From positions 3,863 to 67,862 of the forward strand of contig JACPMX010000010.1 of assembly GCA_016185755.1 (NCBI GenBank): a DNA stretch of 64,000 nucleotides, in the 5' to 3' direction. The DNA is from Candidatus Woesearchaeota archaeon. GTDB taxonomy: Archaea; Nanobdellota; Nanobdellia; Woesearchaeales; GW2011-AR4. Below, piece by piece: positions 46,720-56,515 of the stretch (positions within the stretch are counted from its first letter, which is position 1; the number at the start of each line of letters is the position of its first letter). Below the pieces are notes generated by a model that did no database searches, was not told where the DNA came from, and saw only the letters and a list, made by a program, of their open reading frames with translations. The position numbers and the translations under genes were made by a program.

Positions 46720-47273
46720 AGAGGCTTTTGGAAGTCAGGAAGGAATTGAAAGAGAGAAAGCCGGTTTTTATCAGGCAGGACAATCCCAAGAGGATGAAGC
46801 TCAATTACAAGTGGAGAAAGCCGAAAGGAATTCATTCAAAAATAAGGCACAAGTTCAAAGGAAGAAGAAAAATGCCGTCTCCTGGCTACAAGTCGCCAAG
46901 AAAAGTGAAAGGGCTGCACCATTCCGGGCTGAAAATGATTCATGTTTTTTCCGCCAGCGATGTATCAGGAATAAAAAAGGAAAGCGAGGGGATAATAATG
47001 CCAAAATCAGTCGGCATGAGGAAAAGGCTGGGGATACTGGAAAAGGCAAAAGAGCTCAATATCATGGTTCTCAACATAAATGCTGACGAGCACATGGCAA
47101 AAATAAAAGATTTTGTAAGCTCGAAGAGGAAAGGGCAAAAGGCCGCAAAGAAAGAGGAAGTTAAAGAGCTTAAAGAACAGAAAAAGCAGGAAAAGAACCC
47201 CGAGCTAAGCGACGAGCAGAAAAAAGAGGAAGAGAAGAAAGAAAAGAACAGGATATTGACCAAGAAGGTTTAA
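46716..47273 (+). CDS. rpl32e: ribosomal protein L32e with Lys/Glu-rich C-terminal extension
   Basis: NYKWRKPKGIHSK eL32 signature. About 55 aa of K/E-rich tail. Confidence 0.9.
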   Translation: MKRLLEVRKELKERKPVFIRQDNPKRMKLNYKWRKPKGIHSKIRHKFKGRRKMPSPGYKSPRKVKGLHHSGLKMIHVFSASDVSGIKKESEGIIMPKSVGMRKRLGILEKAKELNIMVLNINADEHMAKIKDFVSSKRKGQKAAKKEEVKELKEQKKQEKNPELSDEQKKEEEKKEKNRILTKKV

Positions 47274-47274
47274 A

Positions 47275-47730
47275 ATGCTTGATGTACAAAGAAGACTGGC
47301 TGCCAAAATTTTAAAATGCGGCAGGAACAGGATAAGGTTTGACCCCGGCAGGCTGGATGAAATAAAAGAGGCAATAACGAAAACCGACATAAGGTCGCTA
47401 ATCAGCAACGGGGCAATCTCCAGAAAAAGAGTGCTGAGCACCTCAAGGTTCTGGGCAAGGAAAAAAGCGGCGCAAAAGGCATCAGGCAGGCAAAAAGGGT
47501 TTGGATCCAGAAAGGGAAAAAAGACGGCAAGGCTCGAGCCTAAGAGGGAATGGATAAACAAGATAAGGCTGCAGAGGGGATTCATCAAGTCATTGAGGGA
47601 CAATGAGCAGATATCCGATGAGGCGTACCATGAGCTTTACGCCAAAAGCAAAGGGGGATTTTTCAGGAGCCTGAGGCACCTGAAGCTTTATACAAAAGAG
47701 AGGGAAATGGTCAAAAATGAAGCAAGGTAA
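47275..47730 (+). CDS. rpl19e: ribosomal protein L19e
   Basis: MLDVQRRLAAKILKCGRNRIRFDP opening typical of eL19. Confidence 0.95.
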   Translation: MLDVQRRLAAKILKCGRNRIRFDPGRLDEIKEAITKTDIRSLISNGAISRKRVLSTSRFWARKKAAQKASGRQKGFGSRKGKKTARLEPKREWINKIRLQRGFIKSLRDNEQISDEAYHELYAKSKGGFFRSLRHLKLYTKEREMVKNEAR

Positions 47731-48295
47731 AGTTTTCACAGTTCCTTTCAGGAGAAAAAGGCAGGGAAGGACATACTACAAGAAAAGGATAAGGATACTT
47801 TTATCAAATAAGTACCGGTTTGTAGTCAGGAAATCCCTTAAAAATTTCCAGGCATCGGTGATAGAATACAGCCCAAAAGGCGACAAAGTGCTGCTCACGA
47901 TAAACTCAAATGCCCTGGGCAAGATCGGATGGAAAGGAAGCAGCGGGAACCTGCCAAGCGCATATTTGATAGGCCTTCTCGCAGGCAAAAAGGCAATTGA
48001 AAAAGGAGTCAAAGACGCAATACTTGACCTGGGATTCAACAATTCCGTCAAGGGATCCAGGCTGTACGCAGCGCTTGCAGGAGCGATAGATGCAGGATTA
48101 AAAATACCGTTCAATCCGGAGGTCCTTCCGCCAAAGGAAAGGATCGAGGGGGAGCATATAGCAAAATATGCCCAGCAGCTGAAGAATGACAAGCAGAAAT
48201 ACGATGCCCAGTTTTCAGATTATATAAAGAAAGGAGTCAGTCCGGAAAATATAGCAAAACATTTCAATGAGATCAAGGGGAAAATACATGGCTAA
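47717..48295 (+). CDS. rpl18: ribosomal protein L18
   Basis: uL18 (L5e) family. Confidence 0.9.
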   Translation: MKQGKVFTVPFRRKRQGRTYYKKRIRILLSNKYRFVVRKSLKNFQASVIEYSPKGDKVLLTINSNALGKIGWKGSSGNLPSAYLIGLLAGKKAIEKGVKDAILDLGFNNSVKGSRLYAALAGAIDAGLKIPFNPEVLPPKERIEGEHIAKYAQQLKNDKQKYDAQFSDYIKKGVSPENIAKHFNEIKGKIHG

Positions 48296-49169
48296 GAAAA
48301 AAGAAGAAAAGCCCGAGGAAAAAGAAGTAAAAGTCGAGGCAGTAAAGGTAGAAGAGATTCAGGAGGAAGAGGCAATAATAGAAAAGCCGAAAGAAGGACT
48401 TGCCACAGAAATGGGCGAGGTCAAGGAGCTTGAAGAAGAGATTGTAGAAGAAGTCAAAAAGAAAGGCGCTTTCGAAAAAGAATCATGGAAGCCAAAAACT
48501 TCGCTTGGCATCAGGGTAAAAGCCGGCGAGGTCAGGGATATCAATTATGTGCTGGACAGCAGAATAAAGATACTGGAGCCGGAGATTGTCGATGCCCTGC
48601 TGCCGAACCTCACAACAGACTTGCTAATGATCGGCCAGTCAAAGGGAAAATTCGGCGGCGGCCAAAAAAGGATTTTCAAGCAGACGCAGAAAAAAACGCA
48701 GGAAGGGAATAAGCCGAATTTTGCAACATTCGCTGTTACAGGAAATGAAGACGGCTATGTAGGCGTGGGGTACGGCAAATCAAGGGAAACCGTACCTGCA
48801 AGAGAAAAGGCGATAAGGCAGGCAAAGCTCAAAGTCATAAAGATAAGGAGAGGCTGCGGAAACTGGAGATGCGGCTGCGGCGAAGCCCACACAGTCCCAT
48901 TCATGGTAAAGGGAAAAGCAGGCTCTGTTGAAATCACACTCATACCTGCACCTAAAGGGACAGGCCTGATAGTTGAGAAGGAATGCCAGAAGATACTTAA
49001 GCTGGCTGGCATAAAAGACATTTGGTCAAGGACAGAAGGCCAGACAAGAAGCAAGCTTAACCTGTTGTACGCATGCTTCGACGCATTGCAAAAGCTCATG
49101 CAGTTCAAGATGAACAACAAAAGCGCAGGAATGCTTAGCGTTGCAGAAGGCTCGCTGAAGGCAGCATAA
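48288..49169 (+). CDS. rps5: ribosomal protein S5 with Lys/Glu-rich N-terminal extension
   Basis: uS5 dsRBD plus C-terminal domain. About 70 aa of K/E-rich N-terminus. I place the start at MAKKKEEK. Confidence 0.9.
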   Translation: MAKKKEEKPEEKEVKVEAVKVEEIQEEEAIIEKPKEGLATEMGEVKELEEEIVEEVKKKGAFEKESWKPKTSLGIRVKAGEVRDINYVLDSRIKILEPEIVDALLPNLTTDLLMIGQSKGKFGGGQKRIFKQTQKKTQEGNKPNFATFAVTGNEDGYVGVGYGKSRETVPAREKAIRQAKLKVIKIRRGCGNWRCGCGEAHTVPFMVKGKAGSVEITLIPAPKGTGLIVEKECQKILKLAGIKDIWSRTEGQTRSKLNLLYACFDALQKLMQFKMNNKSAGMLSVAEGSLKAA

Positions 49170-49171
49170 AA

Positions 49172-49612
49172 ATGGACAAAAAGGAAAAACAGCTGGCAGC
49201 AGTCAGGGTAAGGGGAATAACAGAAATAAGGGTCAAGGTAGAAGACACTTTAAGAATGCTCAGGCTTTACAGGAAAAATTATTGTGCAGTTATCCCCGGT
49301 AATGAGACTTACCTTGGCATGCTAAAAATGGCGAAAGACTACATCACATGGGGTGAGATTGACGACGAAACTTTCAGGATTTTAGTAGACAAAAGAGGGG
49401 AAGCCTTTAACGGAAAAGAAAAAGACTCCAGGGGAAAGATAAACTACAATGACTTTGTTGTTGTTGGCAATAAAAAAATAAAGAAATATTTCAGGCTAAG
49501 CCCGCCGGTAAAGGGATTTGGAAGGAAAGGAATAAAGCACTCTTTCCAGCAGGGCGGCGCCCTTGGCTACAGGGGAGATAAAATAAACGATTTGATCAGG
49601 AGGATGGTTTAA
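49172..49612 (+). CDS. rpl30: ribosomal protein L30
   Basis: uL30 (L7e) family. LRLYRKNYCAVIPGNETYLGMLK. Confidence 0.9.
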   Translation: MDKKEKQLAAVRVRGITEIRVKVEDTLRMLRLYRKNYCAVIPGNETYLGMLKMAKDYITWGEIDDETFRILVDKRGEAFNGKEKDSRGKINYNDFVVVGNKKIKKYFRLSPPVKGFGRKGIKHSFQQGGALGYRGDKINDLIRRMV

Positions 49613-49933
49613 ATGTTAAATGAATTAGAAGTAGCAGATTTTATCCAAATGGATTATCAGAATAAGGAAAGAAGAATGGGTTACCATGCTTTTGTTAGTG
49701 GGGACGCATCCGCACAAGAAACCGTGCCTCATGCAAGAGCAGCGATTTTAAGAGCATTAAGAATTATATATGAAGTCCCAACAAGCGATGCGGAATTCGC
49801 TGAACTCATGGCTCGGGAAATGTGCAGCCGGCCAGGCTTTCCAACAGATGAGGTTGTGGAAAGGGCATTAGTTTTAGCCAGGCCTAAATTAGAACAATTA
49901 GAAAGTAGGTTAGTAATTAATGTTGAAAAATAA
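49613..49933 (+). CDS. hypothetical 106-aa protein inserted between L30 and L15
   Basis: The ATG directly follows the L30 stop. No similarity to any ribosomal protein. 10 of 11 Leu codons are TTA, unlike the flanking genes. Confidence 0.45.
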   Translation: MLNELEVADFIQMDYQNKERRMGYHAFVSGDASAQETVPHARAAILRALRIIYEVPTSDAEFAELMAREMCSRPGFPTDEVVERALVLARPKLEQLESRLVINVEK

Positions 49934-49960
49934 ATTGATAAAAATTGTAAGTAATCTAAA

Positions 49961-50413
49961 ATGACAGTCAACAAAAGAAAAAAAAATACAAGGCAGCGCG
50001 GCTACAAGACGCACGGCTGGGGCTCCAAGAAGAAGCACAGGGGGCAGGGCCATAGGGGGGGAAGAGGATTGGCCGGCACCGGGAAAAGGTCAGACGCGAA
50101 AAAACCAAGCTACTGGAAAGAAGACTATTTCGGAAAATACGGATTTGTGAGCAAAACACCCGGCATAAAGATAAGCGCAGTCAACATCAGATTCATCGAG
50201 CAGCATTTTAACAAATTCCTTTCAGGCAAGCTGGTATCCCATGAAGGCGGATTTTATATTGTTGAGCTTGAAAAGCTTGGATTCAACAAGCTGTTGGGTG
50301 ATGGAAAAGTTTCCATGAAATTCAGGATAAAAACCCCGTATGCCTCAAAAGCAGCTGTAGAAAAAGTCAAGCAGGCCGGCGGCGAAGTCATAGGCCTGGC
50401 AGAGTCAAAATAA
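49961..50413 (+). CDS. rpl15: ribosomal protein L15
   Basis: uL15 Gly/Arg-rich N-terminus KKKHRGQGHRGGRGLAGTGKR. Confidence 0.95.
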   Translation: MTVNKRKKNTRQRGYKTHGWGSKKKHRGQGHRGGRGLAGTGKRSDAKKPSYWKEDYFGKYGFVSKTPGIKISAVNIRFIEQHFNKFLSGKLVSHEGGFYIVELEKLGFNKLLGDGKVSMKFRIKTPYASKAAVEKVKQAGGEVIGLAESK

Positions 50414-50443
50414 TTTTAAATCATAGCATACACTGAAACAAAA

Positions 50444-51847
50444 ATGTCTGTCTGGAATTCGATAATCTCCAATCTGCCGGAAGTTGAAGGACCTACGCAA
50501 AAAACGCTTTCTTTCAGGGAGAAATTAAAGTGGACTGGGATTGTGCTTGTGATATTCTTCGTGCTCGGGCTTCTGCCCTTGTTCGGCCTTGGGATAAACG
50601 CCCTTGAGAGATTTGAGACCTTGTCTATAATCCTTGGGGCAGAATTCGGGTCGATAATATCGCTTGGAATAGGGCCCATCGTAACGGCATCCATTGTTCT
50701 GCAGCTGCTCAACGGCTCAGGAATATGGAAATTTGACCTGACAAATCCTGATGGCAAAAGGACGTTCCAGGGGACTCAAAAGCTGCTCGCATTGTTTTTC
50801 ATAATTTTTGAGAGCTCAATCTACGTGTTTTTAGGCGGCCTTGCCCCGGCAGAGCAGTTCATCGGGACTGGATTTTATTTCCAGCTGCAGCTGATACTGA
50901 TATTCCAGCTTTTCCTTGGAGGGCTTTTGATATTGTTTTTGGACGAAGTCGTAAGCAAATGGGGTTTCGGCTCGGGAATCAGCCTTTTCATAGCGGCAGG
51001 TGTGAGCAAGAGCATTTTCCTGCAGGCATTCAACTGGATTGTGCCATCCGGCTCGACTTATCCTCCCGGGGCGATACCTGCATTTTTCGTGAGCCTTGTC
51101 AACGGAGATGTTACAACAGCATTGATAATGGCAGCTGCAGTCATTGCAACAATACTTGTTTTTGTCATTGCAGTTTACGCCCAGGCAATGAAGGTTGAAA
51201 TCCCCCTGTCATTTGGAATGGTCAGGGGGCATGGAATAAGGTGGCCATTGTCGTTCATTTATACTTCTAACATTCCGGTCATTTTAGTTGCTGCGCTGAT
51301 TGCTAACTTCCAGCTTTGGGGGAGGCTCCTGCAGAATGCAGGCTGGCCATTGCTCGGGAGCTTCAGCTCTTCATCAGGCCAGCCGGTCTCGGGATTTGTT
51401 TACTGGCTCCAGGGCCCGGACATTGTGAGGAGCATAATACAGCAGCATACACTGCTTATTGGCTTGGCCCCATATTTGCAGGCACTGTTTTACATGTTTT
51501 TCTTCATACTTGGAAGCGTGGTGTTCAGCATATTTTGGGTGCAGACAGCAGGCATGGATTCAAGATCACAGGCCCAGCAGATGATTTCAAGCGGCCTGCA
51601 GATTCCAGGGTTCAGGAAAGATGAAAGGGTTCTGGAAAGGCTTTTGAACAGGTACATCTGGCCATTGACTATAATGGGCGGGATAACCGTGGGATTTCTT
51701 GCCGCGTTTGCAGACCTGACAGGCGCACTGGGAAGCGGAACAGGGATATTGCTTACTGTGATGATTGTTTATAGGCTTTACGAGGACATAGCAAGGCAGC
51801 ACATGATGGACATGAATCCCATGATGAGAAAGTTCATGGGTGGCTAA
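50444..51847 (+). CDS. secY: preprotein translocase SecY
   Basis: 467 aa, 10 TM segments. Position immediately after L15. Confidence 0.95.
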   Translation: MSVWNSIISNLPEVEGPTQKTLSFREKLKWTGIVLVIFFVLGLLPLFGLGINALERFETLSIILGAEFGSIISLGIGPIVTASIVLQLLNGSGIWKFDLTNPDGKRTFQGTQKLLALFFIIFESSIYVFLGGLAPAEQFIGTGFYFQLQLILIFQLFLGGLLILFLDEVVSKWGFGSGISLFIAAGVSKSIFLQAFNWIVPSGSTYPPGAIPAFFVSLVNGDVTTALIMAAAVIATILVFVIAVYAQAMKVEIPLSFGMVRGHGIRWPLSFIYTSNIPVILVAALIANFQLWGRLLQNAGWPLLGSFSSSSGQPVSGFVYWLQGPDIVRSIIQQHTLLIGLAPYLQALFYMFFFILGSVVFSIFWVQTAGMDSRSQAQQMISSGLQIPGFRKDERVLERLLNRYIWPLTIMGGITVGFLAAFADLTGALGSGTGILLTVMIVYRLYEDIARQHMMDMNPMMRKFMGG

Positions 51848-52594
51848 ATGGCATACTACGATTTTCTTAACATTATTTTTGCCCCGCTGCTTAAGCTGCC
51901 AGTATTGTGGGCAGTCATCCTTTTGTCTTTTATCGTTTCCGTGATCATAATTGTAATCACAAAGTACACAACCAATCAGACTTTGATGAAAAAGCTGAAG
52001 GACGACATGAAAGACTACCAAAAGCAGATCAAGGAGCTGAAAGGAAACCCTTCAAAAGCGATGGAAGTGCAAAAAAAGGCGATGGAATTGAACATGAAAT
52101 ACATGATGCATTCTTTGAAGCCTACAATAATAACATTCATCCCGATAATCCTGATATTCGGCTGGATGAGCTCTACCTTCGCATATGAAGGCATAAAGCC
52201 CGGCCAGGAATTTTCAGTCACAGCCATTTTTGAAAAGAATGCAGCGGGCAACGCCGAATTGATAGCTCCTGAAGGAATAACGCTGAATGGTGAAAAAGCC
52301 CAAAAAATCGAGGATAGCCAATCCACATGGAAACTTAAAGGAGAGGAAGGGCTGCACACCCTTGAAATTAGCTATAATGATGAAAAACAGCAGAAGGATG
52401 TCTTGATAACAAATTCTGAAAAATACATTGAGCCAACAAAAAAAACCGAGGGACAAATTAAGTCAATACAGATAGGCTACAAGCCAAAGAAAATACTTAA
52501 CCTGCTTGGATGGAAGCTAGGATGGCTTGGCACTTATATAATATTCTCAATAATATTCACAATGGCATTAAGAAAGCTGTTGAAGGTTTATTGA
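51848..52594 (+). CDS. DUF106 / EMC3-like membrane protein (archaeal YidC/Oxa1-family candidate)
   Basis: 248 aa. N-terminal TM, coiled-coil K/E region, then two C-terminal TM segments. The start overlaps the secY stop. Confidence 0.5.
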   Translation: MAYYDFLNIIFAPLLKLPVLWAVILLSFIVSVIIIVITKYTTNQTLMKKLKDDMKDYQKQIKELKGNPSKAMEVQKKAMELNMKYMMHSLKPTIITFIPIILIFGWMSSTFAYEGIKPGQEFSVTAIFEKNAAGNAELIAPEGITLNGEKAQKIEDSQSTWKLKGEEGLHTLEISYNDEKQQKDVLITNSEKYIEPTKKTEGQIKSIQIGYKPKKILNLLGWKLGWLGTYIIFSIIFTMALRKLLKVY

Positions 52595-52595
52595 T

Positions 52596-53066
52596 TTACT
52601 CCTTAAAGTAGTGCTTAACCACTTCAGAAAATTTTTCTATTATTTTTGAATCAATTTTAGTGTACCTATCAGTCTCTAATGGAAACAATTTCTCTGTTTT
52701 TAGAAAATTCTCTATGTAGTTTATCAAAAAATGAGGCTTTGTGGGTATTACCAATAGGATTCTGGCTTCTTTCCAAAATTCAGCATATTTGTTTAATCTG
52801 CTCTTTTGTATATCGCCGTTGCCTGAATATTTGACTTCAATTAGCTGGACAGACCCACTTGGGCTCACAACAAGAAAATCCGGAATGCTCTTTATTCTTT
52901 CAAGCGTGTCGCTGCCTTGAAGCTCTCTTCTGTTTTGGGATAAATTTTCAAGAACAGCTTCGTACCCAAACCTATAAACCATGTATCCGCTTTTCTTAAA
53001 CATCTCTTCAATTAAAGTCTCAGCAATCCGACCTTTAACTACATTAGAAGCAAAGTCATATCCCAT
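52596..53066 (-). CDS. PD-(D/E)xK nuclease, Hjc-like (possible Holliday junction resolvase)
   Basis: 156 aa. G..AE.LIEEMF..GYMVYR then IPDFLVV...LIEVK, the PD...E.K catalytic motif. Confidence 0.4.
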   Translation of the reverse strand: MGYDFASNVVKGRIAETLIEEMFKKSGYMVYRFGYEAVLENLSQNRRELQGSDTLERIKSIPDFLVVSPSGSVQLIEVKYSGNGDIQKSRLNKYAEFWKEARILLVIPTKPHFLINYIENFLKTEKLFPLETDRYTKIDSKIIEKFSEVVKHYFKE

Positions 53067-53067
53067 T

Positions 53068-53559
53068 TTAGGTGCAAATCCCTATTTTCTCGGCCTTGAT
53101 TGAATTCTTCGGGCAGATTTCTGTGGATTGCCCTGATTTTACCTTCGGTATGAACTGCACCTGCTTTATGTTGCCGAACATTGAGAAATCGTATGTAACT
53201 TCCTTGTCCTTCTTGTCGTATAATGAGCCTTTCCTGATTAGGATATTGTCAATGTCAAAAAGCCTTGTTCCCTTGTCCCCTACAATCCAGATTGCAAGCC
53301 CGCTGATATCCATATTTCCCGTGTTGTCAAGTATGAAGTTTATGTAGCCGTTTTGGCCAAACCCCCCGAAGCAGACTTCCCCAACATCAAGGTCTCTTGT
53401 CTTGATTTCAACGCCCCTGCACAAGTCCGTGGATTTCCCAAGATTAAGGTTCAGGCCCCAGTTCATCACGACAGAGCCGAGGGCAACGGCAAAAGCTATG
53501 AGAAGCACAGTGGCTATTAATGGCGATACCCCTTTTTTTGAACTGTAAAATTTTAGCAT
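53068..53559 (-). CDS. archaeal type IV pilin-like protein (class III signal peptide, DUF1628-like)
   Basis: 163 aa. SKKG/VSPLIATVLLIAFAVALGSVV matches the classic archaeal prepilin leader. It would be cleaved by a PibD/FlaK-type peptidase. Confidence 0.7.
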   Translation of the reverse strand: MLKFYSSKKGVSPLIATVLLIAFAVALGSVVMNWGLNLNLGKSTDLCRGVEIKTRDLDVGEVCFGGFGQNGYINFILDNTGNMDISGLAIWIVGDKGTRLFDIDNILIRKGSLYDKKDKEVTYDFSMFGNIKQVQFIPKVKSGQSTEICPKNSIKAEKIGICT

Positions 53560-53636
53560 ATCTTCAAATTTGCTTTGAAGTATTCATATTTAAACATTAT
53601 GCTAACCTTTTTAAATAGCTAAACTTTCCCAAGACC

Positions 53637-53900
53637 ATGCCAAAGCCAAGTTTAAGGTCGAGGAGCCTTAGAAGGGTATTCAGGAAAGTGCCTGGAAACA
53701 GGGTTAGCCTGCAATACAAGAAAAAGAAGCCGAAATCCGCAAGATGCGGAGGCTGCGGCGCCGTGCTGAAGGGCGTTCCAAGAGAGCTTCCTTTCAGGAT
53801 GAGAAACATGGCCAAGACAAAGAAGAGGCCTGAAAGGCCGTTTGGCGGAGTCTTGTGCAGCAGATGCATGAGGCAGCAGATAGTCAGTAAAATAAGATAA
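53637..53900 (+). CDS. rpl34e: ribosomal protein L34e
   Basis: Zn-binding CGGCG...CSRC and a basic N-terminus. Confidence 0.85.
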   Translation: MPKPSLRSRSLRRVFRKVPGNRVSLQYKKKKPKSARCGGCGAVLKGVPRELPFRMRNMAKTKKRPERPFGGVLCSRCMRQQIVSKIR

Positions 53901-54025
53901 ATTTCATAATATTAATGAATATTTGCCGAAGGCAGATTGAATTAGCAAAATAAAATATAAGAATTAACAAAGAAATCACTTGGGCAGATGGTGACACTGC
54001 TCGTTTAGGGTGATCGGAGGGAAAA

Positions 54026-54547
54026 ATGATTGAAATCGGAAGATTGGTTGTTAAGACTGCTGGAAGAGATGCTGGAAAAAAAGCAGTCATAGTTGATATT
54101 CTTGATGACAAGTTTGTTCTTCTGGACGGCGAGACAAGAAGAAGGAAATGCAATGTCGTCCATATTGAATCTCTTGACAAAGTCCTGAAGATAGAAAAGA
54201 ATGCCGGTCATGACGCTGTCGCCGAAGCACTGAAAGAGCTGGGCATAGAGGCAAGAGTCTCAAAGCCGAAGCAAAAGACAGCAAGGCCAAAGGCAAAGAG
54301 AAAGACACAGGAGCAGATAAGGGAGCAGAAAGAAGAAAAGAGAAAGCTAATGGATGTTTTCAGGCCAAAGAAGAAAGATGAGAAGGCTGAGAAAGAAGAG
54401 TCTTTGGAAGCGAAGGCAGGCTTAACAGAGGAGAAAGAAGAAGCAAAACCGGAAGAAAAGAAGACAACTGAGAAAGCAGAAAAACCGAAAGAAACAAAGC
54501 CGAAGAAACTTTCTCCAAAGAAAACCGCTCCAAAGAAAAAGGAGTGA
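54026..54547 (+). CDS. rpl14e: ribosomal protein L14e with long Lys/Glu-rich C-terminal extension
   Basis: KOW-like GRLVVKTAGRDAGKKAVIV, then about 100 aa of K/E-rich tail. Confidence 0.8.
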   Translation: MIEIGRLVVKTAGRDAGKKAVIVDILDDKFVLLDGETRRRKCNVVHIESLDKVLKIEKNAGHDAVAEALKELGIEARVSKPKQKTARPKAKRKTQEQIREQKEEKRKLMDVFRPKKKDEKAEKEESLEAKAGLTEEKEEAKPEEKKTTEKAEKPKETKPKKLSPKKTAPKKKE

Positions 54548-54553
54548 TTTTAT

Positions 54554-54859
54554 TTATTTTAATAATTTATCATAATTTTCTTCAATTTTTTTATTTATGC
54601 CTTTTAACTTATCAGTTCTGGATTTGATAGGGTTTTTAAATATATAGCCTAATATACCCAATAAAAGAAAATAAAATGAGGCTGCAAATCCTTTACTTAA
54701 TAGTGTATCTACTGCTATAATAACTGATACACCAATTGCAGCAATCCCAATAGTAATCGTCACTGAATATATCAAAAACTTATCTATTTCAAATTGTAAA
54801 GTATCTTTATCATGTTTAAGTTTCTCAATAATTATTTTTATTTCCTTTGAGTTTTTCAT
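54554..54859 (-). CDS. small membrane protein
   Basis: 101 aa with two TM helices. Overlaps the pheT stop by 4 nt. Confidence 0.4.
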   Translation of the reverse strand: MKNSKEIKIIIEKLKHDKDTLQFEIDKFLIYSVTITIGIAAIGVSVIIAVDTLLSKGFAASFYFLLLGILGYIFKNPIKSRTDKLKGINKKIEENYDKLLK

Positions 54860-56514
54860 CTCTGCTCCATCACTTCAAACAGTTCTGTCAAATTCAATTC
54901 CAAAGCAGCAACCGGCATCTCAAGTCCCCAATTCGAAAGAACTTGAGGGTTAATTTCCCCAAGATAAGCGAATTTCTTGCCTTTCACAATAGCCCTTCCA
55001 ACCCTTCCTTCGATGAATGAATTATGCTCCGCTTCTTCAATGTCATAGCTTAACCCAAAGCACCTCATTATGTAGTCAAGCGCCTGTCTCATGTCCGTGT
55101 AGTTTACATCTTCATGGGAAGAGGCAATTGCAATCCTGTGGCTCTCAAAAATCTCATCACCTTTCCTTGAATTTACCAAGCCCTGCTCAAAGATTTTTTG
55201 AGGAAATTCAACGTGCTTGTTCTTGGAGAAGACCTCCATTAAGTTTGGCAAAAGCCAGCTCCTCACAACAGAGTAAGTCTCTGACATGTAGTCATCTATC
55301 TCAATAGTGCCAAAATCCTCAATGTTCATCTTCCTGTAGAGTATTTCCTTGTTTGTCAATATCGCGCTCAATACTTCCTGATAGCCCAGGCCAACAACAA
55401 TCTCCCTTATCTTGTCAATGAATTCATTCAATTTGAAAGTCGAGCCGTGCGTGAATGTTGTCAGTGGAAGTTCCTTTATCTTGTCAAAGCCATAGGCTAT
55501 CCCAATGTCCTCGATGACATCATAAGGGTGCAAAATGTCATTCCTGTAAGCCGGGATTTTCACTTTCCAGTCGCTGAAGTCATATTGCGCCTTTTCAAGC
55601 AGATGCTTTATTTCACTTTCCTTCAGCTCCAATCCAAAAAGATTCTTTATCTGCTCGCTTTTGATTTGGATGGACTCACTTTTTAAATTTGGCATCGTGA
55701 TTTTCTTGTCAGGGTATTTTGCCTCAACGGAATAAATCTGGAAGCCCCTGTCATGAAGCGCATAGGCAAATATGCTTGCAGCAAGGTTGACAGCTTCCTC
55801 GTCAATTCCAGTCGCCTCAAAAAACAGGTCTTCATCCCCAATCTCAAGCTTCCCTGTAAAATTAGAGTTTATAATCGGGACAAAGCTCATCACCTCGTTT
55901 TTGTCGTCTATCAGCACAGGATATTTCTCAAAGCCCTCAAGCACCCATGCATAGTCCTTCCCTTTCGGATGCTCAGCCAGGATTTCTTTCAAATTCATCT
56001 TTGCCTTGAATTCCAAAGGCACGAATTCTATTGACAAAGGATCAACAGCCTTGTAATGCACCGGAAATTTCAGCCTTCTGTAAGAATACAGTCCAATTGA
56101 AACCTTCTGCCTTCTCCTCCCATAGCTCTCGCAGAATTTTTCCTGCAATTGCACCATCTGCTTTATCAGGTAATCATCCATCTTTTTTCCTTTTGCAGCG
56201 AAGCATGCAATATATGGCCTGTAATTCATCACAGACTTGTCAACTATCACTTGATAATCTCCTTTGTTCACTTTTATTTCCGGAATGCCTTTCTGCAGGC
56301 CGAGAATTCCCCTGAGCAGGCGTGCAAATCCCTCAGCGCTCCACAAATAAGGAAGGTTCGTGTCCCCAAAATCAATCTTGGCTTCATCAGTCTCTTCATC
56401 ATAGCCTTCAAAGTCACCCTTGCCGCAGTGCGCAAGCTCATGAAGCTCCTCAACTGTTATTTTCCTACCTGTCAAATGCTGCAGGTCCCTCAATGAAAAA
56501 GCTATTGTCGGCAT
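54856..56514 (-). CDS. pheT: phenylalanyl-tRNA synthetase beta subunit (archaeal type)
   Basis: 552 aa with B3/4 and B5 domains. Follows pheS. Confidence 0.9.
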   Translation of the reverse strand: MPTIAFSLRDLQHLTGRKITVEELHELAHCGKGDFEGYDEETDEAKIDFGDTNLPYLWSAEGFARLLRGILGLQKGIPEIKVNKGDYQVIVDKSVMNYRPYIACFAAKGKKMDDYLIKQMVQLQEKFCESYGRRRQKVSIGLYSYRRLKFPVHYKAVDPLSIEFVPLEFKAKMNLKEILAEHPKGKDYAWVLEGFEKYPVLIDDKNEVMSFVPIINSNFTGKLEIGDEDLFFEATGIDEEAVNLAASIFAYALHDRGFQIYSVEAKYPDKKITMPNLKSESIQIKSEQIKNLFGLELKESEIKHLLEKAQYDFSDWKVKIPAYRNDILHPYDVIEDIGIAYGFDKIKELPLTTFTHGSTFKLNEFIDKIREIVVGLGYQEVLSAILTNKEILYRKMNIEDFGTIEIDDYMSETYSVVRSWLLPNLMEVFSKNKHVEFPQKIFEQGLVNSRKGDEIFESHRIAIASSHEDVNYTDMRQALDYIMRCFGLSYDIEEAEHNSFIEGRVGRAIVKGKKFAYLGEINPQVLSNWGLEMPVAALELNLTELFEVMEQR

Positions 56515-56515
56515 T

